A model generated the notes under the pieces. It was given only the letters and a program-made list of their open reading frames with translations, did not search any database and was not told the origin of the DNA. From Chloroflexota bacterium (lineage in GTDB: Bacteria; Chloroflexota; Dehalococcoidia; SM23-28-2; RBG-16-64-32), in contig VBEJ01000079.1 of assembly GCA_005882985.1 (NCBI GenBank), forward strand, positions 1-26,143: a stretch of DNA of 26,143 nt. The letters are read 5' to 3'. Below, piece after piece: positions 1 to 8,758 of the stretch (the first letter of the stretch is position 1; every line of letters begins with the position of its first letter). A program made the position numbers and the translations under genes.

Positions 1-5
1 CGAGC

Positions 6-941
6 GTGGCCTCGGACCATCCGGAATGGCAAGACCGGTTCTACTTCAACGTTCACGACCGGAACGGTGAGTTCGCGCTCATCACCGGGCTCGGCGCCTT
101 TCCGAACCACAAGATGTCGCAGGCGTACATCTTCGCGGCCCACGCCGGCCAGCACTATGCCTATCTCCAGGTGCGGCCCCTCAACAACGACCGCGAATTA
201 ATGAAAGCCGGCACTCTTTCCTTCAATGTGATCGAGCCTCTCAAGTCCTGGGCGCTCGACATTGAGGATGAAGCGAGCGGCATCAGCGGCTCGCTCGTCT
301 TCAAGGAGCGCTGTCCGCTCTACCGGTTCAGCCCAATCGAGTGGGAGAACAACGGACATCAGGTGGTCAGGCAGATGCACTACACGCAGGCAGGCCTTTA
401 TGAAGGCTCGTTGACGATCGCTGGCCGAACATTCACGGACTTGATCGGGATGCGCGACCGGTCGTGGGGCATTCGCGACATGGCGCGCGTCCCGTTCTGG
501 GTCTGGATCTCCGCGCAGTTCGAATCGTTTTCCATTTCCGCTTGGCTCTGGGAGACGCCCGAAGGAGAGGTCATCCACGCAGACGGGGCGCTCATCCCGG
601 AGTCGGGCGAGGTCCGGCCTGTGACGGAGATCGAACATGAACTCGAGCTATGGCCTGGGACGAAACGCCCGAAGGTCGGGCACTTCCATTTGACGTTGGC
701 GGACGGGAAGATCGAGCGGCTCACTGCATCCGAGATTCAGACGATCTTCCTCGCGCCAGGGCTCGCGCGCTGGGCCGATTCAGACAGCGATGCGCTGGAG
801 CGGGCCGACGCCGCGGCGTTTGGCTTCGATCAGCACTGCCGCTTCGAGCTCCACGGCGAGCAAGGCGTAGGTATCGTCGAGTATATGATTACGGGCGGGC
901 ACCGGCGCTACGGAATTCCTCCAGCAGTCCGACCTGCGTGA
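6..941 (+). CDS. hypothetical protein, no recognisable family; GTG at 6 and the frame is open to position 1, so possibly 5'-partial
   Basis: 311-aa ORF, no competing same-strand ORF; antisense ORFs 198..638 and 398..724 are Arg/Ser-rich junk. No motif recognised by eye. Confidence 0.45.
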   Translation: MASDHPEWQDRFYFNVHDRNGEFALITGLGAFPNHKMSQAYIFAAHAGQHYAYLQVRPLNNDRELMKAGTLSFNVIEPLKSWALDIEDEASGISGSLVFKERCPLYRFSPIEWENNGHQVVRQMHYTQAGLYEGSLTIAGRTFTDLIGMRDRSWGIRDMARVPFWVWISAQFESFSISAWLWETPEGEVIHADGALIPESGEVRPVTEIEHELELWPGTKRPKVGHFHLTLADGKIERLTASEIQTIFLAPGLARWADSDSDALERADAAAFGFDQHCRFELHGEQGVGIVEYMITGGHRRYGIPPAVRPA

Positions 942-954
942 CGCTTTCGAGGAC

Positions 955-1731
955 CTAGCGAACGCCGGCCGGCGCCCGTTCTTGCGCGAGCGCTAGTTCG
1001 ACAGTACCTCCCGGCGGCTGAGGAATCGATCGGCCGGCTAGGAGTGCCATTGCATCCTCCATGGTCTGCTTCGCCTCAGCGACGCCAGTGCCCTCTTCGA
1101 ACCCCAGAGGCTCGCCGACGCGCACGCGAACCGCAGCGGGGCGGGCATACTTCGTCCCCGGCGGAAGTACCTGCGCGGTGCCGTCGATGTATATCGGAAG
1201 CACCGGCACCCGCTGGGAGAGCGCCAGGATCGCCGGCCCCGGATGGAAGGGAAGTAGATTTCCCGTGCGCGTCCGCCGTCCCTCGGGGAAGATCAGGAGC
1301 GACCACCCGTTCTGCAGCAGCCACTGCGAATAAGACAGCGCCTCGCTGCCGCCCCCGCGGGCTATCGGGAAGGCGTTGTAGCGCAGCGAGTGCCACATCC
1401 CTTTGATGCGCTCACGATACATGCGGTCAGCGGCGGCCACGATCGCCGTGCGGTCATAGATGTGGTTCGGAAGAAGCGACAGCACGACCGGCGTATCGAA
1501 ATGGCTTGCGTGGTTGGCGATGATTAGCGCCGAGTTCTGGAGCCGCTCGAGGTGTTCCGCTCCGTCGATGGTGAGCGGCCGGCAGAAGCGGCGGACGTGC
1601 CTAGTCACGATAATTGGGCGGGCGAGACGTCGGTAGGCTCGCGCCCACGGGGCGAGCGCCCAGCGGTGGGGTTTAACGTCGGCGGTGCGGGAAGCGCCTG
1701 CCTTGGTGTCGCTTACGCGGGCGGTTGTCAT
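955..1731 (-). CDS. 1-acyl-sn-glycerol-3-phosphate / lysophospholipid acyltransferase (PlsC family), paralog 1
   Basis: HX4D acyltransferase motif (IIANHASHFD) and FPEGRRTRTG motif. ATG at 1731..1729 preceded by AAGGAGGTTGCCC (rc of 1732-1745). The listed ORF runs further upstream only because no stop intervenes. Confidence 0.8.
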   Translation of the reverse strand: MTTARVSDTKAGASRTADVKPHRWALAPWARAYRRLARPIIVTRHVRRFCRPLTIDGAEHLERLQNSALIIANHASHFDTPVVLSLLPNHIYDRTAIVAAADRMYRERIKGMWHSLRYNAFPIARGGGSEALSYSQWLLQNGWSLLIFPEGRRTRTGNLLPFHPGPAILALSQRVPVLPIYIDGTAQVLPPGTKYARPAAVRVRVGEPLGFEEGTGVAEAKQTMEDAMALLAGRSIPQPPGGTVELALAQERAPAGVR

Positions 1732-1877
1732 GGGCAACCTCCTTCTGCGACCGGCACCCCCGCAGAACGCAGAGGATACTAACACCAACGCAACCGAAAG
1801 TCACCCGGAGAGAGCCGGAAATTCGCTCGATATTGAGGGCTTACCGAAACGCAAAGAGGGCTTGGACGAGCGGGCAG

Positions 1878-2615
1878 CTACGAAGCGGCGGCCTGCTCAT
1901 GATCCGCCGCCAGCGTGCCGGCGAGAGCGCGGACGGCCTCCTCCATCGCGTGCTTGGCATCGCCGATCGGAGTCCCCTCTGGGAACGTCAGCAGGCTCCC
2001 TACGCGAGCGACGACTGGCGCAGGCTGCGAGCGGTTTGTCCCGGGCGGAAGGATGCGGCTGGCGCCTTCGATGTAGATCGGGAGGACCGGGACGTTTTGC
2101 AGCGTCGCGAGTATGGCCGGGCCGCCGTGGAACGGCAGAAGCTCTCCCGTTCGCGACCGTTTCCCCTCGGGAAAGATGAGGAGCGACCAGCCGTTGTGTA
2201 GAAGCCACTGCGAGTAGGCGAGCGCCTCTCGCCCGCCGCCGCGCGTGATGGGGAAAGCGTTGTAGCGCAGGGAATGCCACATCCCTTTGATGCGTTCGCG
2301 GTACATGCGGTCCGCCGCGGCGACAACCGCTGTGCGGTCGTAGATCGACGTGGGCAGAAGGGAGAGGACGATCACGGTGTCGAAGTGACTCGTGTGGTTC
2401 GCGATGATCAGCACGGGGTTCTCGATCGAGGCAAGGTTCTCCGCACCTTCGACCGTGAAGGGGCGGCAGTACTTGCGGACGTGGCTGTGGACCGTCCAGC
2501 GGCGGGCGAGCCGTCGGAAGGCGCGCGCCCAGAGGGTCAACGCCCACTTATTGGGCTTGGCCTCCCGATGCGCGGATGCGTGTTGTCCGCCCTGGGTAAT
2601 CGAGATATCTGTCAT
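1878..2615 (-). CDS. PlsC-family acyltransferase, paralog 2 (about 65% identical to paralog 1)
   Basis: IIANHTSHFD and FPEGKRSRTG motifs. ATG at 2615..2613 with the same AAGGAGGTTGCCCATGAC start context as paralog 1. DNA-level similarity to paralog 1, e.g. 1393-1463 versus 2278-2348. Confidence 0.8.
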   Translation of the reverse strand: MTDISITQGGQHASAHREAKPNKWALTLWARAFRRLARRWTVHSHVRKYCRPFTVEGAENLASIENPVLIIANHTSHFDTVIVLSLLPTSIYDRTAVVAAADRMYRERIKGMWHSLRYNAFPITRGGGREALAYSQWLLHNGWSLLIFPEGKRSRTGELLPFHGGPAILATLQNVPVLPIYIEGASRILPPGTNRSQPAPVVARVGSLLTFPEGTPIGDAKHAMEEAVRALAGTLAADHEQAAAS

Positions 2616-2654
2616 GGGCAACCTCCTTGGGGCGAGTTTAAGGAGGGCTTTATT

Positions 2655-2957
2655 CTACGCCGTCGCGCGCCGCTCTTCCATCATGCGGCGCAGGGCGGTG
2701 ATCATCTGCGCGATGTTGAGCTGTTGGTATACCGGGAAGCTGAACAAGGCGCCTTCGTTTACCGTATAAATGTTCCTGCGCCCCTCACGTCGCTTCTGGA
2801 TGAAGCCGTTCACCTCGAGGTCACGCACGATTTGGTAGACCGCCCGTTCGGTCAGGTCGGTGCCGCGGGCAATCTCGCGAAGGGTCGCGCGAGGGTTCTG
2901 GACAAGGTGCGTCAGGACAAGTCCGTAGTTGCTGAGAAAGTTCCACTTCTTAGCCAT
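2655..2957 (-). CDS. small winged-helix (MarR/HTH_24-like) transcriptional regulator, first gene of the acyltransferase operon
   Basis: 100 aa. Predicted HTH segment (TLREIARGTDLTERAVYQIVRDLEVNGFI) followed by a basic wing (KRREGRRNIY). 34-bp gap to the downstream acyltransferase. Confidence 0.6.
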   Translation of the reverse strand: MAKKWNFLSNYGLVLTHLVQNPRATLREIARGTDLTERAVYQIVRDLEVNGFIQKRREGRRNIYTVNEGALFSFPVYQQLNIAQMITALRRMMEERRATA

Positions 2958-3250
2958 GAGTCACCCCCGGATGCATCGTCTCGGTGGATTCAAGCTCGTT
3001 ATCGTAACGCATAGGGTTGACAGGCCGGTCGCTCTGCCGCTATAGTGGCCTCTGATTTATTGCAGAATTGCAATTCCATAATGATAAAGTAAACCACAGA
3101 TATTATAACGCCAATGCGCGAACTAGAAAACTACTTTACGCGATACCGAAGCCGAATTCAGGTGTCATTATGCTCATGACACCCACACTTGTCCAGTAGG
3201 GCAAGCCTTTTTCCCGCAGGATTTTGAGGCAACAAGCGCACCCCCAACCG
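2958..3250. promoter_or_regulatory. AT-rich divergent control region between the wHTH regulator (minus) and the ECF sigma (plus), with candidate operators
   Basis: About 40% GC in a ~67% GC background. Perfect 12-bp palindrome GAATTGCAATTC (3065-3076), nested in a TTGCA..TGCAA repeat. Inverted repeat GTGTCAT-N7-ATGACAC (3162-3182). Several TATAAT-like hexamers (TATTATAAC near 3100). Confidence 0.45.
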
Positions 3251-3811
3251 ATGACGACTCTGCGGGTTTTTCCGTCTGCGGCCAGCGACAGCCCTGTTCT
3301 TGACCGCCGCATCGATAAGTTCGCCGATAAATACCGTCAGTTCTTCCCTCGCGTCTTCGCCTACGTCTACGGGCACACGCACAACGTCCACTTGGCCGAA
3401 GACCTCGTGGCCGACGTCTTCGAGCGCGCCTTCCTGAAAGCTGACACGCTGCGAAACGATGAGGCGTTCTCTACGTGGCTCTTCACCATCGCACGCAACG
3501 TCATCATCAGCCACGCCCGCAAACGCCACCGCGAAACGGTCGTGGACCCGGACGTCCTGCGCGAAATCGCTCCCAGCGGCACTTCCGTCGAGGGCGATAT
3601 CCTCCTGCGCGAAGAAATGCGCACCGTGAGCAAACTGCTGCAGGACTTTCCGCAACGCGAGCAGGACATCATTTCGCTCAAGTTCGACGCAGAGCTTACC
3701 AACGGGCAAATCGCTCAAATCATGAGCCTGAGCGAGCCGAACGTGCGCGTCATCCTCTTCCGTACGTTACGCAAGCTGCGCGAGCAAATGGTCGCTGACC
3801 GCCGCGCCTAG
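3251..3811 (+). CDS. ECF (sigma-24 type) RNA polymerase sigma factor; no adjacent anti-sigma gene
   Basis: Sigma-70 region 2 (FFPRVFAYVYGHTHNVHLAEDLVADVFERAF) and region 4 HTH (LTNGQIAQIMSLSEPNVRVILFRTLRKLR). ATG at 3251; the TTG at 3224 is a less likely start. Confidence 0.8.
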   Translation: MTTLRVFPSAASDSPVLDRRIDKFADKYRQFFPRVFAYVYGHTHNVHLAEDLVADVFERAFLKADTLRNDEAFSTWLFTIARNVIISHARKRHRETVVDPDVLREIAPSGTSVEGDILLREEMRTVSKLLQDFPQREQDIISLKFDAELTNGQIAQIMSLSEPNVRVILFRTLRKLREQMVADRRA

Positions 3812-3927
3812 CTGGTAGCGTCGCCTCCCCAATCGCCCAAGCCAGTCTAATCCGTTCGTCCCGAGTAGCCACGGAGTGGCGCATCGAGGGATTAACCTCA
3901 CACGCGTTTTTGCCAAACGAACTCGCC

Positions 3928-4573
3928 CTACGCCGAGTCGTCGGCAATCGGCAGACCAACGATGTTATAGCCGGCGTCGACGTAGTGCACTTCGCCGGTG
4001 ACGCCCGCGGCCAGCTCGGAGCAGAGGTAGACAGCGGCGTTGCCGACCTCCTCGATGCCGATGTTTCGGCGTAGTGGGGCGATGTCGCGGAAGCGAGAGT
4101 GGAGGCCCTTGAAGCCGGATACTCCGGCAGCCGAAAGGGTGCGGATTGGCCCTGCCGAGATGGCATTTACGCGTATGTGCTTCTCGCCGGCACGCAATCG
4201 CGATGAGGGAGTAGACGCTGATGTCCATCGCCAGGTGAAACCCCTCGCGAGAAGTCTCGTGAACGCCTCCGCTGAGCTCCTCGCGGTTGGCGAACGCTAT
4301 CGAGTGGACGAGGATGTCGATTCCGCCGAACGCTTTCCGCGCCTTCTCCATCAACGCCACGATTTCGTCGTCGCTGGAAACATCACACGGCTCGACGAAC
4401 TCCGCGCCGATGGAGGCAGCGAGTGGCTTGACCCTCCGCTCGAGCACCTCCCCCGCGTAGCTAAGGCCGATCTGCGCACCCTCGCGATGGAGGGCCTGCG
4501 TGATACCCCATGCTATCGAGTGATCATTGGCGACGCCGAAGACGAGGGCGGTCTTCCCGTCAAGCAGCCCCAT
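3928..4573 (-). pseudogene. fabI: enoyl-ACP reductase FabI, disrupted: an internal deletion of about 40 aa plus a frameshift removes the catalytic Tyr/Lys region
   Basis: N-terminal part in one frame ([33 protein letters not shown]...HSIAFA...[11 protein letters not shown], ending near 4193). C-terminal part in another frame from about 4197 ([19 protein letters not shown]...[14 protein letters not shown]). Compared with E. coli FabI from memory, the segment between YSFVAMA and [13 protein letters not shown] (containing Y156 and K163) is missing. The start overlaps the CoA-transferase stop as TAATG at 4571-4575. Confidence 0.6.
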
Positions 4574-5823
4574 TATCCGGCGCTCGCCCTGTCCGGCACC
4601 CGGCTTCCGATCACGCCCCGCTCCCGCAGTCTGCCTATCTCGTCCCATGAAAGCCCGGCTTCCAGCAGCACGTCTTCCGTATGCTGCCCGAACTCCGGCG
4701 CCGGCGTGCGAATAGTTCCAGGCGTAGCGCTTAGGTTGACCGCGGGGCCGACGATAGGAAGCGTGCCGTGTGCCGGGTGCTCGAGCGTCGCAAACATCCC
4801 GTTTTCGATTATCTGCGGGTCTTTTTCGAGGTCCCTGTACTCGCTGACGACTTCGAAGAGGAAATCGTAGCGGCGAAAGAGGTCGCGCCAGAAAGTTGAA
4901 GGCTTCGTCGCGAAGATGCGGTCAAGGCGCGCGATGAGCTGCATGAGGTCGGCGGCGTTGGTGCGCATCCAGTCGAGGCCCAGGCGCTCGGGCTCGAGCC
5001 AATCGCCGGTCGCTTCGTGGACGGCCTCCCGGAAGGGCGGCCAGTACCGGCCGAACTGAGGCATGCCGATCATCAGCCATTTCCCGTCACTCGCCTTGTA
5101 CTGATTCCAGAGGGGGCTCGTTAGGCCACGAGGTATGCGCGGGAGCGGGGAGCCGCCGTAATTGCCAGACATGAGGAAGTTCGTGATGTTGAACGCCTGC
5201 GCGGCGATCTGCCCCTGGAGCAGCGAGCCGTCGACCATCTGCCCTTCGCCGGTGCGTTCCCGGTGGAAGAGGGCGAGGACGATCCCGTAGGCGAGCAGAA
5301 ATGCGCTCGTCTGGTCCGCCATTCCCCCGAAGGTGCGGGTCGGCGGGTCGTCGGGCTCTCCGGTCACGCTCATAAGCCCACCACGCGCCTGCGCCAGCGG
5401 GTCAAGGGCGGGCCGCTGCGCGTCCGGGCCCTTCAGCCCGAAGCCAGACGCCTGGCAATAGATTAGACGGGCGTTTCGTCCGGCGAGCGTCACGTAGTCG
5501 ATGCCTAGGCGATCGCACACCCCCGGGCGGAAGTTCTGGACGACGACGTCCGCATTCTCAACGAGCCGGTAGAAGATCTCTCGCCCCGCCTCAGACTTGA
5601 GGTCGAGTACAAGACCGCGCTTGTTTCGGTTGTGCGTCTCGAAGTACGCGTTCGGGCCCTTGTCGCCAACGTCGTAGCGGACGAGCGAGCGGCCGGGGTC
5701 CGGCGAATCCGGGCCCTCGACCTTGATTACGTCGGCGCCCCAGTCGGCCAGCATAGCCGTGGACATCGGGCCTTGCTGCCAGATCGTGAGATCGAGGACA
5801 CGGATGCCTTCGAGGGCGTTCAT
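4573..5823 (-). CDS. family III CoA-transferase (CaiB/BaiF/formyl-CoA transferase family)
   Basis: 416 aa. N-terminal [16 protein letters not shown] motif and the typical length and interlocked-dimer region of this family. Its stop overlaps the fabI start. Confidence 0.8.
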   Translation of the reverse strand: MNALEGIRVLDLTIWQQGPMSTAMLADWGADVIKVEGPDSPDPGRSLVRYDVGDKGPNAYFETHNRNKRGLVLDLKSEAGREIFYRLVENADVVVQNFRPGVCDRLGIDYVTLAGRNARLIYCQASGFGLKGPDAQRPALDPLAQARGGLMSVTGEPDDPPTRTFGGMADQTSAFLLAYGIVLALFHRERTGEGQMVDGSLLQGQIAAQAFNITNFLMSGNYGGSPLPRIPRGLTSPLWNQYKASDGKWLMIGMPQFGRYWPPFREAVHEATGDWLEPERLGLDWMRTNAADLMQLIARLDRIFATKPSTFWRDLFRRYDFLFEVVSEYRDLEKDPQIIENGMFATLEHPAHGTLPIVGPAVNLSATPGTIRTPAPEFGQHTEDVLLEAGLSWDEIGRLRERGVIGSRVPDRASAG

Positions 5824-5860
5824 GCGTGCAAGATAGCATACGCGCTCGGGCGAAGCCCTA

Positions 5861-6664
5861 TCAGGCAGTCCTCAGCTTCGCAACTACCAGCGGCAGCGCT
5901 TCGCCCGACGGCGCACGGATGACCACATCACACAGCTCGGTTAGCGGCGTCTCGTTCGGATTCACCTCGATCAATGCTCCACCTGAAGATCTAACATCGA
6001 CGGGAAAGCCTGCGGCGGGATAGACGACGGCGCTAGTGCCGATCAAGAGCATGCAGTCGCACATGCGGCTCTGATTAATGCACTCGTCGAGCGCGTCTCG
6101 AGGGATCGGTTCGCCGAACATGACGGTATCGCCCTTAACGATCCCGCTTCTGCACTCAGGGCACTTCGGCGGGAACTCTTTGATCTCGAATCCTTCAAGA
6201 GGCCAACGGTGGTTGCAGGACACGCAACGAAGCTTCGTTCGGTTGCCGTGGATCTCGGTGATCGCCTGACTGCCGGCGATCTGGTGCAGGTTGTCGATGT
6301 TCTGTGTGATGATGTGTTGGAGCCGGCCCATCTCCTCGAGGTCGCGAAGGGCGAAGTGGCCCGCATTCGGGACAGCCGTATCGAGCGCCTGGGCAAGTTC
6401 GGCGAAGCGGCTGGCGCGCTCTTGTCGCATCTCCCACCAGCGCTTCGGGTCCTCGACGAAGCGCTCATAGTCCCTCAGGTCGGGCTCGCCGTGCTTCGTC
6501 CAGAGGCCGTCAGGCCCGCGAAACGTTGGCACCCCGCTTTCCGCCGACAGTCCCGCCCCGACCAGCGCCACAACGTGGTTGGCGAGAGCGATCAGGCGCG
6601 CCGCCAATTCGATGGCGCGGTCCAGAGCTTCGGCCCCGTCGCCCTGCAGCTCTCGAAGGGTCAT
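5861..6664 (-). CDS. cobB: Sir2-family NAD-dependent protein deacylase (CobB/sirtuin)
   Basis: GAGLSAESGVPTFRG Rossmann motif, QNIDNLH, catalytic HG, and Zn ribbon (CVSCNHRW plus CPEC). ATG at 6664..6662 overlaps the TGA of the upstream yjbQ-like gene (ATGA). Confidence 0.85.
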   Translation of the reverse strand: MTLRELQGDGAEALDRAIELAARLIALANHVVALVGAGLSAESGVPTFRGPDGLWTKHGEPDLRDYERFVEDPKRWWEMRQERASRFAELAQALDTAVPNAGHFALRDLEEMGRLQHIITQNIDNLHQIAGSQAITEIHGNRTKLRCVSCNHRWPLEGFEIKEFPPKCPECRSGIVKGDTVMFGEPIPRDALDECINQSRMCDCMLLIGTSAVVYPAAGFPVDVRSSGGALIEVNPNETPLTELCDVVIRAPSGEALPLVVAKLRTA

Positions 6665-7059
6665 TCCGCTACCACGCTCACGAGCACGGTGCGCTCGCGC
6701 GGGCCGTCGAACTCAGCAAGGAAGATCCCCTGCCAGCGGCCTAGCGCCAGGCGCCCGTTTTCGACGGGAATCGCCGCCGATTGTCCGACCAGGCTGGCCT
6801 TAATGTGCGCGTGTGCGTTGCCCTCGGCGTGCCGGTAGGCCGCGTTTACGGGAACGAGCTCGTCGAGGCGCGAAATCATGTCAGCGCAGACATCCGGGTC
6901 GGCGTTCTCGTTGACGATCAGCCCCGCCGTCGTGTGGGGCGAGTAGACGTGGCAGACGCCGTCGTAGACGTGCATCTCGCGCACTGCGCTCGCCACACGC
7001 TCCGTGATATCGAGCAGCTCCTGGTAGTCGCCGGTGCGGACGTTGATGCGCCTGGGCAG
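6661..7059 (-). CDS. YjbQ/UPF0047-family protein (reported secondary thiamin-phosphate synthase fold); start codon uncertain
   Basis: About 130 aa matching the YjbQ family (RINVRTGDYQELLDITERV...HAHIKASLVGQSAAIPVENGRLALGRWQGIFLAEFDGPRERTVLVSVVAE). The upstream part of the long listed ORF (7060-7467) is Arg-rich antisense of thiD. TATAAT (rc of 7082-7087) and GAAGGAGG (rc of 7065-7072) lie just upstream. The only in-frame near-cognate start after the SD is CTG at 7059..7057. Confidence 0.6.
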   Translation of the reverse strand: MPRRINVRTGDYQELLDITERVASAVREMHVYDGVCHVYSPHTTAGLIVNENADPDVCADMISRLDELVPVNAAYRHAEGNAHAHIKASLVGQSAAIPVENGRLALGRWQGIFLAEFDGPRERTVLVSVVAE

Positions 7060-7170
7060 GGCGGTCCTCCTTCGGAGAGAGATTATAGCGCGGCTCGTCG
7101 GTCCGAATAGGGAGGCGAACGTGCGCTCGTATGCTTGACGGCTGCATCCTCGACCGCCGACGCTTAGCCC

Positions 7171-7962
7171 ATGCTGTCCGTACTCATTATCGCGGGCTCC
7201 GACTCCAGTGCCGGAGCGGGCATTCAGGCAGACCTGAAGACTTGCGCGGCGCTGGACGTTTACGCGATGACGGCGATAACAGCGCTGACGGCTCAGAACA
7301 CTATGGGCGTGACCGCGATACACGAAGTGCCGGCGGATTTCGTCGCGGCTCAGATCGACACTGTCGTGACGGATATCCGGCCGGACGCTGTCAAGACAGG
7401 TATGCTGGCGAACGCGGCGATCATCGATGTAGTTGCGGCGAAAATCACAGAGCACGCGCTCCCGCACGTTGTGGTCGATCCCGTGATGGTGGCGAAGAGC
7501 GGGGATCGACTGCTCCTTGAGGACGCCGTCAGGGCGCTGCGCGAGCTGCTGTTTCCGCTGGCCGACGTGCTCACGCCCAACATACCGGAGGCTGAGGATC
7601 TACTCGGACACCCCGTAAGGACGGACGAAGAGGTACGCGAGGCGGCGCGCGAACTTCAATCTCTCGGCCCGAGGAATGTCGTGATGAAAGGCGGCCATCG
7701 AGAGGGCGATGCTGCCATCGACATTCTGTTCGACGGCCGGGACTTCCATGACTTCTCCACCCCCCGAATTCGGACGACGAGCAGGCACGGCACCGGTTGC
7801 ACCTTCGCCTCGGCGATCGCGGCGTTCCTGGCGCGGCAGGAAACAGTGCCCGAAGCGGTCAAGCATGCGAAGGAGTATTTGACGGAAGCTCTGCGGCGGG
7901 CGGAGCCGATCGGGCACGGACATGGACCGGTCCACCATTTCTGGGACTTATACCCCGACTAA
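7171..7962 (+). CDS. thiD: hydroxymethylpyrimidine/phosphomethylpyrimidine kinase ThiD
   Basis: Ribokinase-fold motifs: MLSVLIIAGSDSSAGAGIQADLKT at the start and a C-terminal GTGCTFASAIAAFLA anion-hole motif. Typical length for ThiD. Confidence 0.9.
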   Translation: MLSVLIIAGSDSSAGAGIQADLKTCAALDVYAMTAITALTAQNTMGVTAIHEVPADFVAAQIDTVVTDIRPDAVKTGMLANAAIIDVVAAKITEHALPHVVVDPVMVAKSGDRLLLEDAVRALRELLFPLADVLTPNIPEAEDLLGHPVRTDEEVREAARELQSLGPRNVVMKGGHREGDAAIDILFDGRDFHDFSTPRIRTTSRHGTGCTFASAIAAFLARQETVPEAVKHAKEYLTEALRRAEPIGHGHGPVHHFWDLYPD

Positions 7963-7975
7963 GAGAGGCACGCGT

Positions 7976-8359
7976 ATGGCAGAGAAGAAGAAAAGCGCAA
8001 CGAAGCTCCGTCCCGTGGAAGGACAGGTACACGAATTCCCCGTGCTCGGCGAGATGACGGGATTGCTCCAGCGCGTCCGCGCGAACAAGAGCAAGCGGAC
8101 GGAAAGCAGTCTGTTAAAGACAGGACCATTTCGAATCACTGTGGTTGCGTTGGACACAGGAGGCCAACTGCAAGACCACGCCGTCGACGGGCCGTTCACG
8201 GTCCAATGCCTGCTCGGGCGCGTGGCGCTTTCCATCGGCGGGCGAGAACACCGGCTGACAACCGGCGACGTGCTCGTTGCCGAAGCCGCAATGCCCCATG
8301 ACATCAGCGCTGAGGAAGCGAGCGTGCTGCTCGTTACGGTCGCGGCGGCCGGACCCTGA
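7976..8359 (+). CDS. cupin-domain protein
   Basis: Starts MAEKKK after GAGAGG. Cupin-like two-motif pattern. Low-specificity family call. Confidence 0.5.
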   Translation: MAEKKKSATKLRPVEGQVHEFPVLGEMTGLLQRVRANKSKRTESSLLKTGPFRITVVALDTGGQLQDHAVDGPFTVQCLLGRVALSIGGREHRLTTGDVLVAEAAMPHDISAEEASVLLVTVAAAGP

Positions 8360-8363
8360 AGGA

Positions 8364-8758
8364 ATGAAACTCCAGCACATCGACCGCGTAGCAATCAATG
8401 TGAGCGATCTCTACATCGTTCAATTGACTGGTATCGAGACGTAATGGGCCTCGAGCGGCGCTTCCAGGATGCCTGGGGCGACGCACCGACGATGATGTGC
8501 GTGGGGGAAACTTGCGTTGCTCTATTTGTCTCGGCCGGGCCCGATCCGGCCGCTGTAGACCAGCCCGCGACTGGCTCCTTGCATCACATCGCTTTCCGCG
8601 TCGACCGGGACAATTTCGAGGCGGCTCGGCAGCGCTTCAGCGACCTCGGAATCGAGTTCCGACCGGCAGACCATGGGATCGCGCAGTCGGTTTACGTCGC
8701 CGACCCGGATGGCCACCGGATCGAGATCACGACTTACGACGTTGAGGCGTCGCCCTAG
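8364..8758 (+). pseudogene. VOC/glyoxalase-family protein split by a frameshift near 8412-8416 (or an uncorrected indel)
   Basis: Frame 0 from ATG 8364 reads MKLQHIDRVAINVSDLYIVQLTGIET* (VOC N-terminal beta-alpha-beta start). Frame +2 continues ...RSIDWYRDVMGLERRF...HHIAFRVD...YVADPDGHRIEITTY (ORF 8444..8758). Confidence 0.5.

Noticed and set aside
3965-4648. Upstream extension of the fabI N-terminal ORF ([19 protein letters not shown]...)
   Set aside because: This Arg/Gly-rich stretch is the out-of-frame read-through of the CoA-transferase 3' end. The FabI N-terminus clearly begins at [13 protein letters not shown] (4573).
4040-4870. 276-aa plus-strand ORF
   Set aside because: Antisense to fabI and the CoA-transferase 3' end. 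Low-complexity Ser/Arg/Pro-rich.
5861-6664. Sir2 as part of a defence system (Thoeris/DSR-like)
   Set aside because: The protein is a compact CobB-type sirtuin with an intact Zn ribbon and no fused effector or partner genes (no TIR, HerA or SLOG domains nearby). Consistent with housekeeping deacylase.
7060-7467. N-terminal 136 aa of the long 6661..7467 minus ORF
   Set aside because: Arg-rich junk overlapping thiD on the opposite strand. A promoter -10 and a strong SD sit at 7065-7087, so the real gene is only the YjbQ-like C-terminal part.
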